From: Rotaria socialis
Lineage: Eukaryota
Reading direction: 5' to 3'
Assembly: GCA_905331295.1 (NCBI GenBank)
Contig: CAJNYD010000226.1
Span: 62,001 to 103,073, forward strand
Length of the DNA: 41,073 bases
Below are positions 1 to 14,989 of the stretch, piece after piece. Within the stretch, counting starts at the first letter, position 1. Each line of letters opens with the position of its first letter. The notes beneath the pieces were generated by a model. The model did no database searches and had not been told where the DNA came from. It saw nothing but the letters and a program-made list of their open reading frames with translations. A program made the position numbers and the translations under genes.

Positions 1-54
1 TCTTGTAAGACAAAATAAAACACTCTTCTAAGCGTTTAACTTTTCCTTATTTAG

Positions 55-1314
55 TTTGCGATGAACCTTGATTTGCGATTCTATACGCCAGAAGAATATT
101 TTCTTGGTCTAAGCAAAGCTTTGCATGACATGCCAAAATTTGATCCTGTATGTTTTGTTTTTATGAAAGATAAATTATATATGTTCATATCATTCTAGAA
201 ATCTCTTCGATCGATTCAATCACTTCTTGAACCAACTACTGCTAAATTGACATCAGATAAAACTGAAATCATTGTCATGTGTGGTCTTCCAGCATGTTTG
301 TTTAATTAACATATTCTAACGAGATGATAAATTTTACCTTTTATTTTTTAGCGGGTAAAAGTTGGTTTGTAAAAAAGTATATTGTTCCACATCAATATGA
401 ATACGTTAATCGGGTAAGTAGATAATGAACATTACTATGCTAAGTAATTGTTTTGAAGATAATTAAAGCATAAATTTTATTTTTCATTAGGATGAAGTCG
501 GTACCTGGCAAACATGTGTGAAAATGACTGAAATGGCTATTAGTAAACAAAAAAGTGTCATAGTTGATAATACTAATATAGATACAGAATCTCGGCAAAG
601 GTATAATGAAGATCTTTCATTTATTTTGTCCATGAATGTATTTTAATTGTTATCAAATTTGTATACGTAGATATATCGAAGTGGCTAAAAAATTCAATGT
701 TCTATGTCGATGCTTTGTAATGAATGTAACAGTTGAACATACTAAACACAATAATCTTGTAAGTGATATATCTTTTATTAATGATTAACAGTTGGGTTGG
801 TAGCACTAGCAGGCTGTAGCCAGCATATTTTAACAGTAAAATAAATTAAACTCCTGAGGATAAATATGGAGAGTTGTCTTATGAATGAAGAAAGTTCCCC
901 AAACGAATGCATTACTTTTGACTCAAAACTATGAATATCAGGTCGATTCTCACAAGTAAGAAATACCGTAAAAAGAGTTTGACTCTTTATTTTATTTCTG
1001 CAGAGATGCCATGGTAAAACCTCAGATCTTTTGATTTCCTGTTATACTGACATAAGAGTATTAAATCTACTGGCACTCGGGAAGATCTATCTCGATTTAT
1101 TTGTACTTAATTTTTTAACTAGTTTCGGCATATGATCGGCACTGATAAAGCCCATAAAGATGTTAACGAAATTGTTATATTGGGTGCCAATAAACGCTAT
1201 ATAAAACCAAGTATGGATGAAGGCTTTTCAGAAATCGTAATGGTCAATATGCAACCCATGTTTGACGATGCCAATGTAGAACAATTATATTATCAATATA
1301 TTCTCGATAAATAA
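55..1314 (+). CDS. PNKP: Bifunctional polynucleotide kinase 3'-phosphatase, 3' part (5' exons upstream of window)
   Basis: GT-AG exons approx. 55-147, 199-295, 352-413, 491-600, 671-758 and 1123-1314 splice to FAMNLDLRFYTPEEYFLG...MPKFDP / IIVMCGLPASGKSWF (P-loop) / YVNRDEVGTWQTC / VIVDNTNIDTESRQRY / CRCFVMN...HNNLFRHM...PSMDEGFSEI. This matches the end of the PNKP phosphatase domain plus the kinase domain. Confidence 0.93.
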
Positions 1315-1419
1315 CAATCTCTGATTCATATTCTATAATTTATTATGATTTTCCTTAAACTATTTTGTATCGAAGATAAAGAATAAATATTCAATTTATA
1401 GTATATTTTTCATTTGATA

Positions 1420-2120
1420 GTTAAAGGGTGTGGGTGTGTGCGTATAGGCATAGCACTCACCATTGTTCTTTATTATCTGGCATCCCACCTATCCTCTTGT
1501 TCCTCTTTTCAGCCTCTTTTTTTGCTGAAAAGTTGAAGTTAAAAGAAAAAAACTTAATATTGATAAGTTTTTCACCATCGTTCGCTTATTGCTCTTTCCT
1601 GTCGCGACAAGATGATAGCACTAGTCGACGATCTTGACTTCGATCTGTCCAGGTTCTTGTTTTTCTTGAATATCAGACAAGATTCTTTTGCCATTCCTTC
1701 TGTACAAGATTCTTGTCTGAAAAAACATACTCTATTCACCCATATTTTTACAACAACCTCGTCTTGAATGACATTTTGTCGAACGAAAAACTCCATTTTT
1801 TTTACATGGACATTGTTTCGAAACGCATTTGCCTTTACAATCGCAAGTGCGGTCACTTGCTGATGCACGTGCATAAAGTTTACATGCTTCAATAAATGTA
1901 ATGCCTTTCAAATTATCAATAACAAGCTGTTTCAATTCTACTGGACAAACCATTTTTCTCATCTACTGTACGTTTACTAAAACATGTAACTGTATGAATT
2001 TATCTCTAGCCCGATTCTAATTTTGCTCGGGCAGAATTAGAATTCTAATTCTGTCTGAAAAAAACGATCAAAATTAGAATCTTGATTTTGACTAGGCAAA
2101 TTCCAATTTTGCCTACAACA
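1420..2120 (-). mobile_element. Internally deleted Ginger/KRBA2-like integrase DNA transposon remnant
   Basis: Minus ORF 1732-1962 ends in CDCKGKCVSKQCPCKKNGVF(R)STKCHSRRGCCKN, the Cys-rich tail of KRBA2-like/Ginger integrases, with one expected Cys changed to Arg. The right end ...GCCTACAACA (TGTTGTAGGC on minus) abuts a (TA)n tract and has several subterminal palindromes. No matching left TIR was found, so the left boundary is approximate. Confidence 0.6.
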
Positions 2121-2140
2121 TATATATATATATATATATA
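2121..2140. repeat. (TA)n microsatellite
   Basis: Ten TA units directly after the ACA terminus of the transposon remnant. Confidence 0.95.
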
Positions 2141-3550
2141 ACAGAGATGTTTTTGCCAGTACAAAAAAAATATATTTTTAATTCTGTTGCGACAATGGAT
2201 TTAAGAAGAGACTTTGAAAGCTAATACATTTTTACTATAGTATTGCCCATAACAATTTCTAATGTACATCATAAATAATATTTCTATTTTTATTCGTTTG
2301 AATGTAACATCCTGTAAAAACATTTCCTCGTTCATGATGACAAATATAGTACGAGTACATACGTACTAGATTCACCTAAGATCCAGCAATAATCGCATCG
2401 TCTATATTATTTATTTTTATCATTTAACTTTTATGTAAATGCGACTACTTCTTACAATCAATGAAAGTTGTCTGATAATTATCAAGAAACAAGAAATACT
2501 TTTCCAAAAACGTAAGCATTTATTATAATTACATTGAAAAATAAATGCTCTGTCACGCAATGTAATTGGATATAATTTCCAGTTGTATCATTAATTTAAA
2601 TTATAATATAATTATTTAGATAAAATTCAATGTTTCACTTTCATTCGATTTTAGATTAATAAAATTATTGTGATGATTAAGATAGAATTCAGTTTAAATA
2701 CTTTAACATTAATCATTGGAGCACTTCAATTTAAAATGATTTTTAATAGAATAAGTAAACTAAATAATTTCTTGTTGATAAAAAAAAATTGTTTCGTTGT
2801 CATTATAAGAATATTCCATGGAAATCTACACTTATAAGACGTTATTGAAAAGTAAACATTAGTTTCTTGGTGAACAAAATTTTAAGAAATTTTCATCCGA
2901 GATATATCTAGATTACATAAATATCATATTTCGACCGTGTTACAATGGGCAAACATTTTATTAATATCCAATTGATTGAAAAAGTCATTTGGAAACAGAG
3001 ATTATTTAATGTTAAGAAAAGTTAATTCTTAAGATTTATAAATTATAATTGATAGTTCAAAAACGCTTCACTTAATTTGCTCATATAACAGCTGTATCAT
3101 AGTAACTTGTATAGCATTGGGAAAAAAAGTAAAAAATATTTTTTAAAAATATCATCAATATATCTATGTATTCATTTTAATCTTATTTAAAATAAAGAGA
3201 CTTAAAAATAGAAATCATTATTTTTTACCGTCATTTTTTTTATTCGATAGAAAATTAATCTAGATAAGCTATGAATTTCTTATAAGATTTTAAAACTGAA
3301 GAAGTATGATTATACGGTTGAATCGAATCGAATATTTAAATAATAGCAATGAATTGTTTTTTGTCAATAATCATAATATTAATATTGAATAGATAATTTA
3401 AATCAAGTAAATTTGTTAATTTTCTCTTATTATTCTTTATTTATTATTTGATTACTAATTTTATGCAAAAATTGATCCATTCATTTTTATAAGAATATTT
3501 ATTTAAAGGATATATTTCAACAAAGATTTATAGAAGAAACAAAAAAAAAA

Positions 3551-3861
3551 TTAAAATTTCAATAAAATCGGAATATCTTTTTCCGGATGTGAAACACCAA
3601 GTCCATATCTATGTGTTTTTTCATTTGGAAATTTATTTTCAAGATGATTAATTTTATAATGAATAAATTGTAAAAAGATAATAATAGAAAGTTTAATAAT
3701 AGATTTAGCAAATCATTTTCCTGGACACATACTTTTGCCTGATCCAAATGGAAGAAAACCATGAGAATTTTTTCCCGTTTTATTTATAAATCGACCAAAA
3801 ATAAATTTATTTGGAGAAGTAAAATAGTTTGAATCATTTTGAGCAATATTAGGATATAATA
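3551..3861 (-). pseudogene. Cytochrome P450 (CYP7/CYP8/CYP39-like) terminal exon with in-frame stop
   Basis: After an AG acceptor at 3863-3862 the minus strand reads LYPNIAQNDSNYFTSPNKFIFGRF...GFLPFGSGKSMCPGK*FAKSIIKLSIIIFLQ...RYGLGVSHPEKDIPILLKF*. The FxxGxxxCxG heme motif is clear. TGA at 3715-3713. Upstream exons probably lie in the N gap. Confidence 0.8.
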
Positions 3862-4041
3862 CTATTCGAAAAATCAAAACATAATGAAAATATCAGTTGT
3901 TGTATTTTATATTGTATCTAATCCGTTGTTTTCATAGTTTGACTGAACTTCATTTTTTCGAATCAAAAATTACTCAAACTCTCACAAACGAATACATAAA
4001 ATTTATATTTATGCAAGAAAATGATATTGATGAAAATTCAA

Positions 4042-4980
4042 NNNNNNNNNNNNNNNNNNNNNNNNNNNNNNNNNNNNNNNNNNNNNNNNNNNNNNNNNNN
4101 NNNNNNNNNNNNNNNNNNNNNNNNNNNNNNNNNNNNNNNNNNNNNNNNNNNNNNNNNNNNNNNNNNNNNNNNNNNNNNNNNNNNNNNNNNNNNNNNNNNN
4201 NNNNNNNNNNNNNNNNNNNNNNNNNNNNNNNNNNNNNNNNNNNNNNNNNNNNNNNNNNNNNNNNNNNNNNNNNNNNNNNNNNNNNNNNNNNNNNNNNNNN
4301 NNNNNNNNNNNNNNNNNNNNNNNNNNNNNNNNNNNNNNNNNNNNNNNNNNNNNNNNNNNNNNNNNNNNNNNNNNNNNNNNNNNNNNNNNNNNNNNNNNNN
4401 NNNNNNNNNNNNNNNNNNNNNNNNNNNNNNNNNNNNNNNNNNNNNNNNNNNNNNNNNNNNNNNNNNNNNNNNNNNNNNNNNNNNNNNNNNNNNNNNNNNN
4501 NNNNNNNNNNNNNNNNNNNNNNNNNNNNNNNNNNNNNNNNNNNNNNNNNNNNNNNNNNNNNNNNNNNNNNNNNNNNNNNNNNNNNNNNNNNNNNNNNNNN
4601 NNNNNNNNNNNNNNNNNNNNNNNNNNNNNNNNNNNNNNNNNNNNNNNNNNNNNNNNNNNNNNNNNNNNNNNNNNNNNNNNNNNNNNNNNNNNNNNNNNNN
4701 NNNNNNNNNNNNNNNNNNNNNNNNNNNNNNNNNNNNNNNNNNNNNNNNNNNNNNNNNNNNNNNNNNNNNNNNNNNNNNNNNNNNNNNNNNNNNNNNNNNN
4801 NNNNNNNNNNNNNNNNNNNNNNNNNNNNNNNNNNNNNNNNNNNNNNNNNNNNNNNNNNNNNNNNNNNNNNNNNNNNNNNNNNNNNNNNNNNNNNNNNNNN
4901 NNNNNNNNNNNNNNNNNNNNNNNNNNNNNNNNNNNNNNNNNNNNNNNNNNNNNNNNNNNNNNNNNNNNNNNNNNNNNNNN
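4042..4980. other. Assembly gap (939 N)
   Basis: Run of N; ORFs spanning it are artefacts. Confidence 1.
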
Positions 4981-5982
4981 GATACCAATGATTTATTGAA
5001 CAAGACAAGATAGAGAAACGAACGAGAGTTATTCAACAATAGTTCAAAGAATTAGCGTTGAGTATGTTGAAGAACAGTTGAGAATAGAAGAAGAAAAAGG
5101 CAATAGAATCTTTTTCTACTATTTTGTTGACAAAGATGAATATATAGTGTAACTGATTTAGAAGGAAAAACAGTAAGTATAAGATGCATTGATTTTTATA
5201 TATTGGCGCGTACAAGAAAAAGAAACGATTAATTATACTTGTATAGAAAAGAATATAAGTTATATATTAACAAAATCAGTAGTGACCGTACCGCCACAAG
5301 GGGGCTTACTAAAAATTTGTTGATGAATGTTTTTTCAATCTATTATCAGTATCTCTCTGCAAAAAATTCAAAACATCGAAAAACTTCAGTGTATCAAGCA
5401 GAACTTCCGAAACCGCAAAAATTATTTCTTGCATACTTCAGGAAATATTGACTCAATTTTCTGAAAATTTAAATTCTAAATAACAATACCTAAAAGGTTA
5501 CTGAAATTACGATTGGGTTCTTGATATCAAGAAAAAGGGATTTTAAACTATTCTTGAGCTTAGAATCTAGTATCAAATGCAAACCGTTTAAAAAACTGAA
5601 ATTTTTTATTCAAAAAATGAATACTATGAAATTCTTGATTGTAGGTTTTTTTCTTGTCCAAAGAAAACCTATTCATCATTATTTCATCTTCTGTTTGTAA
5701 AAATATCAGAATATCCAATATACCCCCCATCACCAATTCAAACATTATTTCCTCTCTACTCAAAAAAAAATAGCATTTTACTCAAGCGATTCGCTCACTA
5801 TCTAAAACTTGATTTTACATAACAAATATTGAAAAGAATAAAATAAGATAAAATATCGAATAACAATGATAGCATGCTTAGAAACGGCAAAAAAATGAAA
5901 AAAAAATGAATTGAACGCAAACACGAGAACGAGCTTTGTGTGAAAGGCTACACATTTAATAGAAGAGAGAAAAGTAAATGAA

Positions 5983-6038
5983 TTGATTCATTCGTGATGA
6001 TTATGTTGATTCATTCGTGATGATTATGTTGATTCATT
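5983..6038. repeat. 23-bp tandem duplication (2.4 copies) spanning the GCLC stop codon
   Basis: TTGATTCATTCGTGATGATTATG at 5983-6005 and 6006-6028, plus a partial copy at 6029-6038. Confidence 0.9.
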
Positions 6039-8907
6039 AAAGATCGTTTTACTTCTAGTTCATTATTTTCTTTTTCAACAGCGGCTGAAATATCAAGTGT
6101 TGTTTTTGATGACATGCGAGGCAATACTTTCGGACATTCTTCTTCATCAATTGAGATTCTTTTCATTTTCCATAATAGATCATAAGTGATTTCATCGTTT
6201 ACAACTGAGTCATGTTTATACGCTGGATGATTTGTAACGAAATATCGCATCCATGCTGCATTCGTCATTAATGTACCTTAAAATCAATAGATATTTGATT
6301 TAATGCAAAAACCAACTACAACAAGTTTTGTTCAACATACCAGCTGCTCGTTTACTTATTAAATTTAAATATTGATTAATAGTGCATCGCGTATCAGCAT
6401 CTACTTCAATATTAGATAGATAATCCTGAATAATTTTCAATAGACCAACAAATTCATTCTAGAATTTAAAATAAAATCAATTGATCGATTATGTAAAACT
6501 TAACTGAAACATTGCACTTACTGATCCATTAATGATTTCATTTATGGTCATAAGACGATGTTCACATTCATTTTCTTGAAAAGCAGACTGTTGCACAGAT
6601 GCCATGCATGGTGTATCAGGTGTTTTCACTGAATGAAAACAAAAAAAATGAAGATATCACTAAAATAAAACAACAAATATTTACTAGTTGAAAGACATTT
6701 TCTAAAATGAAATCTTTGATGTAGAACTGCATCACGGTGTTGAGCCGATTGCATATTTTCGTCAACCTATTAAGAAATGTAGATGGTACCGTTCGTCATT
6801 CATTATCGTTGAATATCTTACATTCGAAATAGGAATAAGTAGATTTAGATTATATGTCATAATAGCACGTGTCAATAAAACAATGAATGTTACAAGTGCA
6901 GCATTTTCAAAATCGGTCATTTGTAACTATATAGTAGAATAATACGATGAGAAAAAAAAAGAAAGGAACTCAAAATATAGATATTTACTTCTGTGGGTCG
7001 AAATTCTACACGCCAACCAATATCACTATTACTTGGTGGTGGTTTAAATCGCATCGATTGCCAATTAGTGGAATTGATGTTCTAAAAATAAAAAATATGT
7101 TTTTATATTAAATTCAAAAGAAACAAAAAGAAATTTGACTTCGAAATGATCAGTATCTTGTGTATCATCTTGATGAAGCTGTTCTTCAAATAAAGCTACT
7201 GAATCGCGAACAAATAAATGTGCTATATGTTGAGCCAATATATGATCAATACCTTTAGAGAATTGAAATCAGGAAGATAAAAAACAAAAGATTATTTTAT
7301 ATAGCTATCGCCTTTTACCATGTTCAGTAAGTTTATGAAAGGCATCTGCATCTTGAACAACTTCAATATCGTTATAAATGGCACTGTCTGGTGAAATATA
7401 ACAATCAATACTTGAATAACGAGATTTTGGTAAACGAAAACGTTCATTTTTTAATGGCTAAATAAAAGAATTAATTTTATTTCGAGAACAAAAATTCCAT
7501 CTATTTACTTCAAGGCCTCGTTCCTCAGGTGTTCGATCATCTACCATGGCACATAATACATTCCATCGACAATCAATATCAGCTAAATAACCACGCCATA
7601 TCGGTGATGATGCACCCAGTGCTAACTTTATAAGAGGAAGAGGGAAATAACTTTACAAAATAGTAACGGTCAATATACCATAATAGGAGTCAATGGAGTC
7701 AGTTGATCGTATAGAAAGCGTGCTTCATCAATTGATTGAGCTTGAAAAGTCACTTGTAAACAACAGCAACCCATGCCTAAGCCCATGGCATCGAGGTAAA
7801 TATGATCTTCAATAGCAGTTGATTCATGCGAATTACCATCATGGTCATATATTGATAAATCTTCAATAAATGGTCGCGGAGTATTTTTGTCGATAAAAAC
7901 TGTAGTAATAATAATAAGAATTCAAAAAGAATAATTCTTAGTCTTGTACGTACTAGGAAGATGAATAGCGACATTAGATTGACGTCGCAGACGAATATTT
8001 CGTGTTAATGTTCTGAAGAAAATAAAATAATTAGTAATCATTGATTCATTATATCATATTACTTAAAACGTGGATGATTCGGAAAAATGACTTCATCAGG
8101 AAAAAAAATTGAAGCAGATGCTGATGTACTTGGTGTTGGTTTATGAGTAGGCCAAGTAAATTCAGGACATCCATTTCTAAATAATCAAAAATATACACAG
8201 TGCTTTCAAATTAAATTTGTTAATTTTTTGAGTAAATTTCATACCTTGGAAAGTTGGAAGTACTAAGTACATATTCATCTTTACCAAGTAATTGTTGACC
8301 TTGTTGTCGACTGAAAAATATTTATTTCTTTTCTTTTTGTTCAATAATTTATTTGAAATTTACCGTAAACGCATATTTGCTTCCACCATATTGAAATGTA
8401 CCGGTAAATGTCCATAGGGTTTGCCGGGCGTAGCCTCAATCATATAATCCTAGTGAAAAATGAATAAACTAAATATTCGATTACATTTGTTTATTTTACT
8501 TACTGCATATTCTGGATGCCATAATGTTACACAATCACTAAATATAAAAATAATATCTTAGCAAACAATTGATTTTTATGAGTTATCATCCTTACGCTGG
8601 ATTTTGATCTTGAGGTTTCATAAGAGTAGATAAAATTTCATGAGACCTAAGAGCAAGTTGTACTCTTTTGTTTTCATGATCAAAATGTACCATAAGAAAT
8701 TCAACCTAAGAAGAAATATATTACGATTGAGATCTTTTTTCCATTACTTTTCCATACTTCATCACCCCATTTGAGACAGTCATTTCGACGATCTTTGAGT
8801 TTGTTATGGATATGAATAAATTGTTCGATACCGTGTTCACGGATAAGTGATGCATACTCTTTTGTTTCTTCCCAATTTAATGGACGACCAAGCGTCAGTA
8901 AACCCAT
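6011..8907 (-). CDS. GCLC: Glutamate-cysteine ligase catalytic subunit (multi-exon)
   Basis: Starts [14 protein letters not shown]...LKWGDE|VEF. Contains [66 protein letters not shown]...GWRVEFRP and [18 protein letters not shown], separated by short GT-AG introns. Confidence 0.97.
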
Positions 8908-10918
8908 GTTTTCTTGTTTATTAAATCTTGAAAAAGTAAGAAGAAAAAGTGAATTAATACTTCCACAAATCATTAATACTATGTTAATTGGACTTTTGGA
9001 TGTGCTACTCAACACTACTTAGTATATTGTATCAGCCAGATCTTTAAGTGCGTAGATTATTTTCACTCTGAAGATGAAATCAAAATCTGTCAGATTATAA
9101 GGTGTTTGCAAAATTATTGCAAGTCATGATGACGACAGCATTTTCACATGATGCATGAAAACAAGTAATTTTTCATAACTAATCATTTTAAAGATAAGAA
9201 CAACTATTTTCATTTTGTATATTATAGGAACGTATTGAAGAAAAGTAACATCGAAATTGAATTTCTTTTTGAATCGATTCGAAGAAAGAATGAATGAAGA
9301 TAGAAACGGAACGAAAGCAAACTACCAAATGAATCATTGCTAGCATTTGGTCACAATGCTTTGCAAGTAGCGCTATCTGATAGTATCTGATTCATGTCTC
9401 TTTTATCCTTTTAGAAAAAAAAACTAAGCTTGGCTCGCTCTCTATTATCACCATTTTCTTCATTGTTGCTATTGGATTAAAATCAATCGCAGCATCTATG
9501 TTAGAGGGAGAGAGGTCGTTAAAAACCATTCACTACATTTTTGTACATTTCTTTTTAAAGAAAGAGAAGAAATATATAGTAAGATTTTTGGTACTCTGAT
9601 TTCAGTAAAATACTTGAAGGAAATATAAGAGATGCTATAGTTACCTGTTTGATATTAGTTTCATTCTGTTTTGGAACATTTTTAGTAGTTTTCAAGATTT
9701 GCTCGTGCACTTTCTAAAATTCTTAGATCACTCAATTTCAATTTAGATAAAGTCAAATCATATACTAAAAAGAAGATACCTATCTATTGTGTAGTGAGAA
9801 AGTTTTTCTATGAATATTGATTGGAAATGAAGTAAAATTGAACCTATTTTAGTATCATTACAAAAAGTTAATAAAATATATCATTTTTATCTTGTATTGC
9901 TGCAAAATGTTAAGTATGCACAAGTATTATTTTATCTTTTACAATGATTTTCTACTAACATTTTCAATTGCCAATCAATCAAGTACAACTCAAGTTTCTT
10001 TTATGCGAGTTGAATGGTCAATGTTTCAAACTAGATTTTAGATGTTAGTGTCAATGTGGTTGAGAAGAAAAATTCCAAGTCGAATCTTGACAAATAAGCT
10101 ACGTGTAATAAACACTGGAAATTTTCGTAATAGTAAATATTATCAAGCAACAATGATATCTTAGTATGACAGAAGAAACTTATAACGCTTGATGCAATGT
10201 AAAGCTTTTATTGATTTTATTACATGCAATTTTGCATTCTCCACAAATGAGTCAAAGCAAAACAACGAGAACAAACATAAGCATTAAATGGTATTTGTAG
10301 CCTATCATTTTCGATCCATACGAATATATTATTTGAAAAAATCTAGAAAATCTAGTTTAGATCTCATATTGACAATAAATATGGAAGTAATGAATGACTT
10401 TAGATGATTCGGATTCATTCACTCTTGTGTTTAACATATCTGAAATATGAACTGATTGAATTTTCAAATCATATATACATATATTTCATGTAATAAGCAA
10501 TGGAAAATTGCTACTAGAATATGTTGGAACTGGATTTTTTATCTGATGGATCATTGTATTATGTTGTACTTATTTTCTATTATAGCTAGTCCATTGTCTT
10601 TTTACCTAGTATACCTTATTTTTTACTGGTTATTTAACTAAAAGGAACGACAAATAATAATAAATAATTCTAATAGCAGAGATAATCATTATAGTCATCC
10701 TCTTATAAATTATGCCAGATGTCGTCTATGAACAATCAATTGCATAATTAAAATTATATGTTCGATTGGATTATAAATAATCGATTGTCAGGAAAAGAAA
10801 GAGAAGACGACGATATACATACCATGTTCATTCATCCTACTATGTGTGTAGTTTAATGCTTTTATTACCATATAATTACAAGAAATATTGCTGTATGATT
10901 AATTTGTACATATATTGA

Positions 10919-14238
<3,320 letters not shown>

Positions 14239-14346
14239 ATACATTTATTTTTCTCTTTATTGTTTTGTCTGATTAGATCTTATCTACATGTATACACCAT
14301 GTGTAACTTCTAATATTTGTGTATTTCTACTGTTCATATACATATA

Positions 14347-14720
14347 TGTTAGCGTCCAATGTCGGATTGAGCGGAAATTTAACATTAAAATGTGAATTAG
14401 CTTGTACATCGGTGTAGAACTCGATTCTCTACTTATGGACTTCGATGAAGTATCATCATACCAGGCAACGTAATCATCAATAAACGAATAAATTAAAGGC
14501 TCGAGGAGTTATGGACACTTTTCAATCTTGAGGGTGAGGGTATGGGTTACCCTGATCATAATTCATCAATAAGAATTTGAATTCTATACCGATGTACAGA
14601 CTAATTATCGTTTTAATGTTAAATTTCCGCTCAATCCGACATTGGACACGTCCAATCTCGGATTCGAGATTTGCCTAGGCCAATCTGAGATTGAACGTAA
14701 TCTCAGTTTGGACGCTAACA
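14347..14720. mobile_element. Non-autonomous TIR/foldback element (Ginger-like TGT...ACA ends) inserted in (TA)n
   Basis: Perfect 13-bp TIR TGTTAGCGTCCAA (14347) / TTGGACGCTAACA (14720), flanked by TATA on both sides. Internal perfect 37-bp inverted repeat 14354-14390 / 14611-14647 extends imperfectly to about 75 bp. Confidence 0.85.
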
Positions 14721-14989
14721 TATATATATATATATGGAATTTTTCTCTAATTCTTCCAAGTGAAATAAATAATTAGTATAGAATCGTTTTTAATTTTCAT
14801 CATACTTGTTAAGATAATTAAAAGAATAGATTTGCGTGTCGTTTGCTGCCACCTCTTATTTTAACCAACAATTGATCAGGTAAATATATATATATATTTG
14901 ATGATTCATCTATGATAAGGAAAGAGGATTGAAAACATATGAAAGAGCTATGTATTTTAATACAATAAGATATATACTTATATAAAAAC

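Noticed and set aside
2440..3550. Very AT-rich stretch with protein-like patches (NIPWKSTL, ISTVLQWANIL), possibly a decayed F-box/LRR-type gene
   Set aside because: Many stops and no recognisable domain motif, so it cannot be supported without a search.
3713..3715. In-frame TGA in the P450 exon read as selenocysteine
   Set aside because: The position corresponds to an aromatic residue (W/F), not the heme Cys, and no SECIS-like structure is visible in the AT-rich 3' flank.
3897..5039. Four long ORFs (330-364 aa) in the ORF track
   Set aside because: They are runs of X across the assembly gap.
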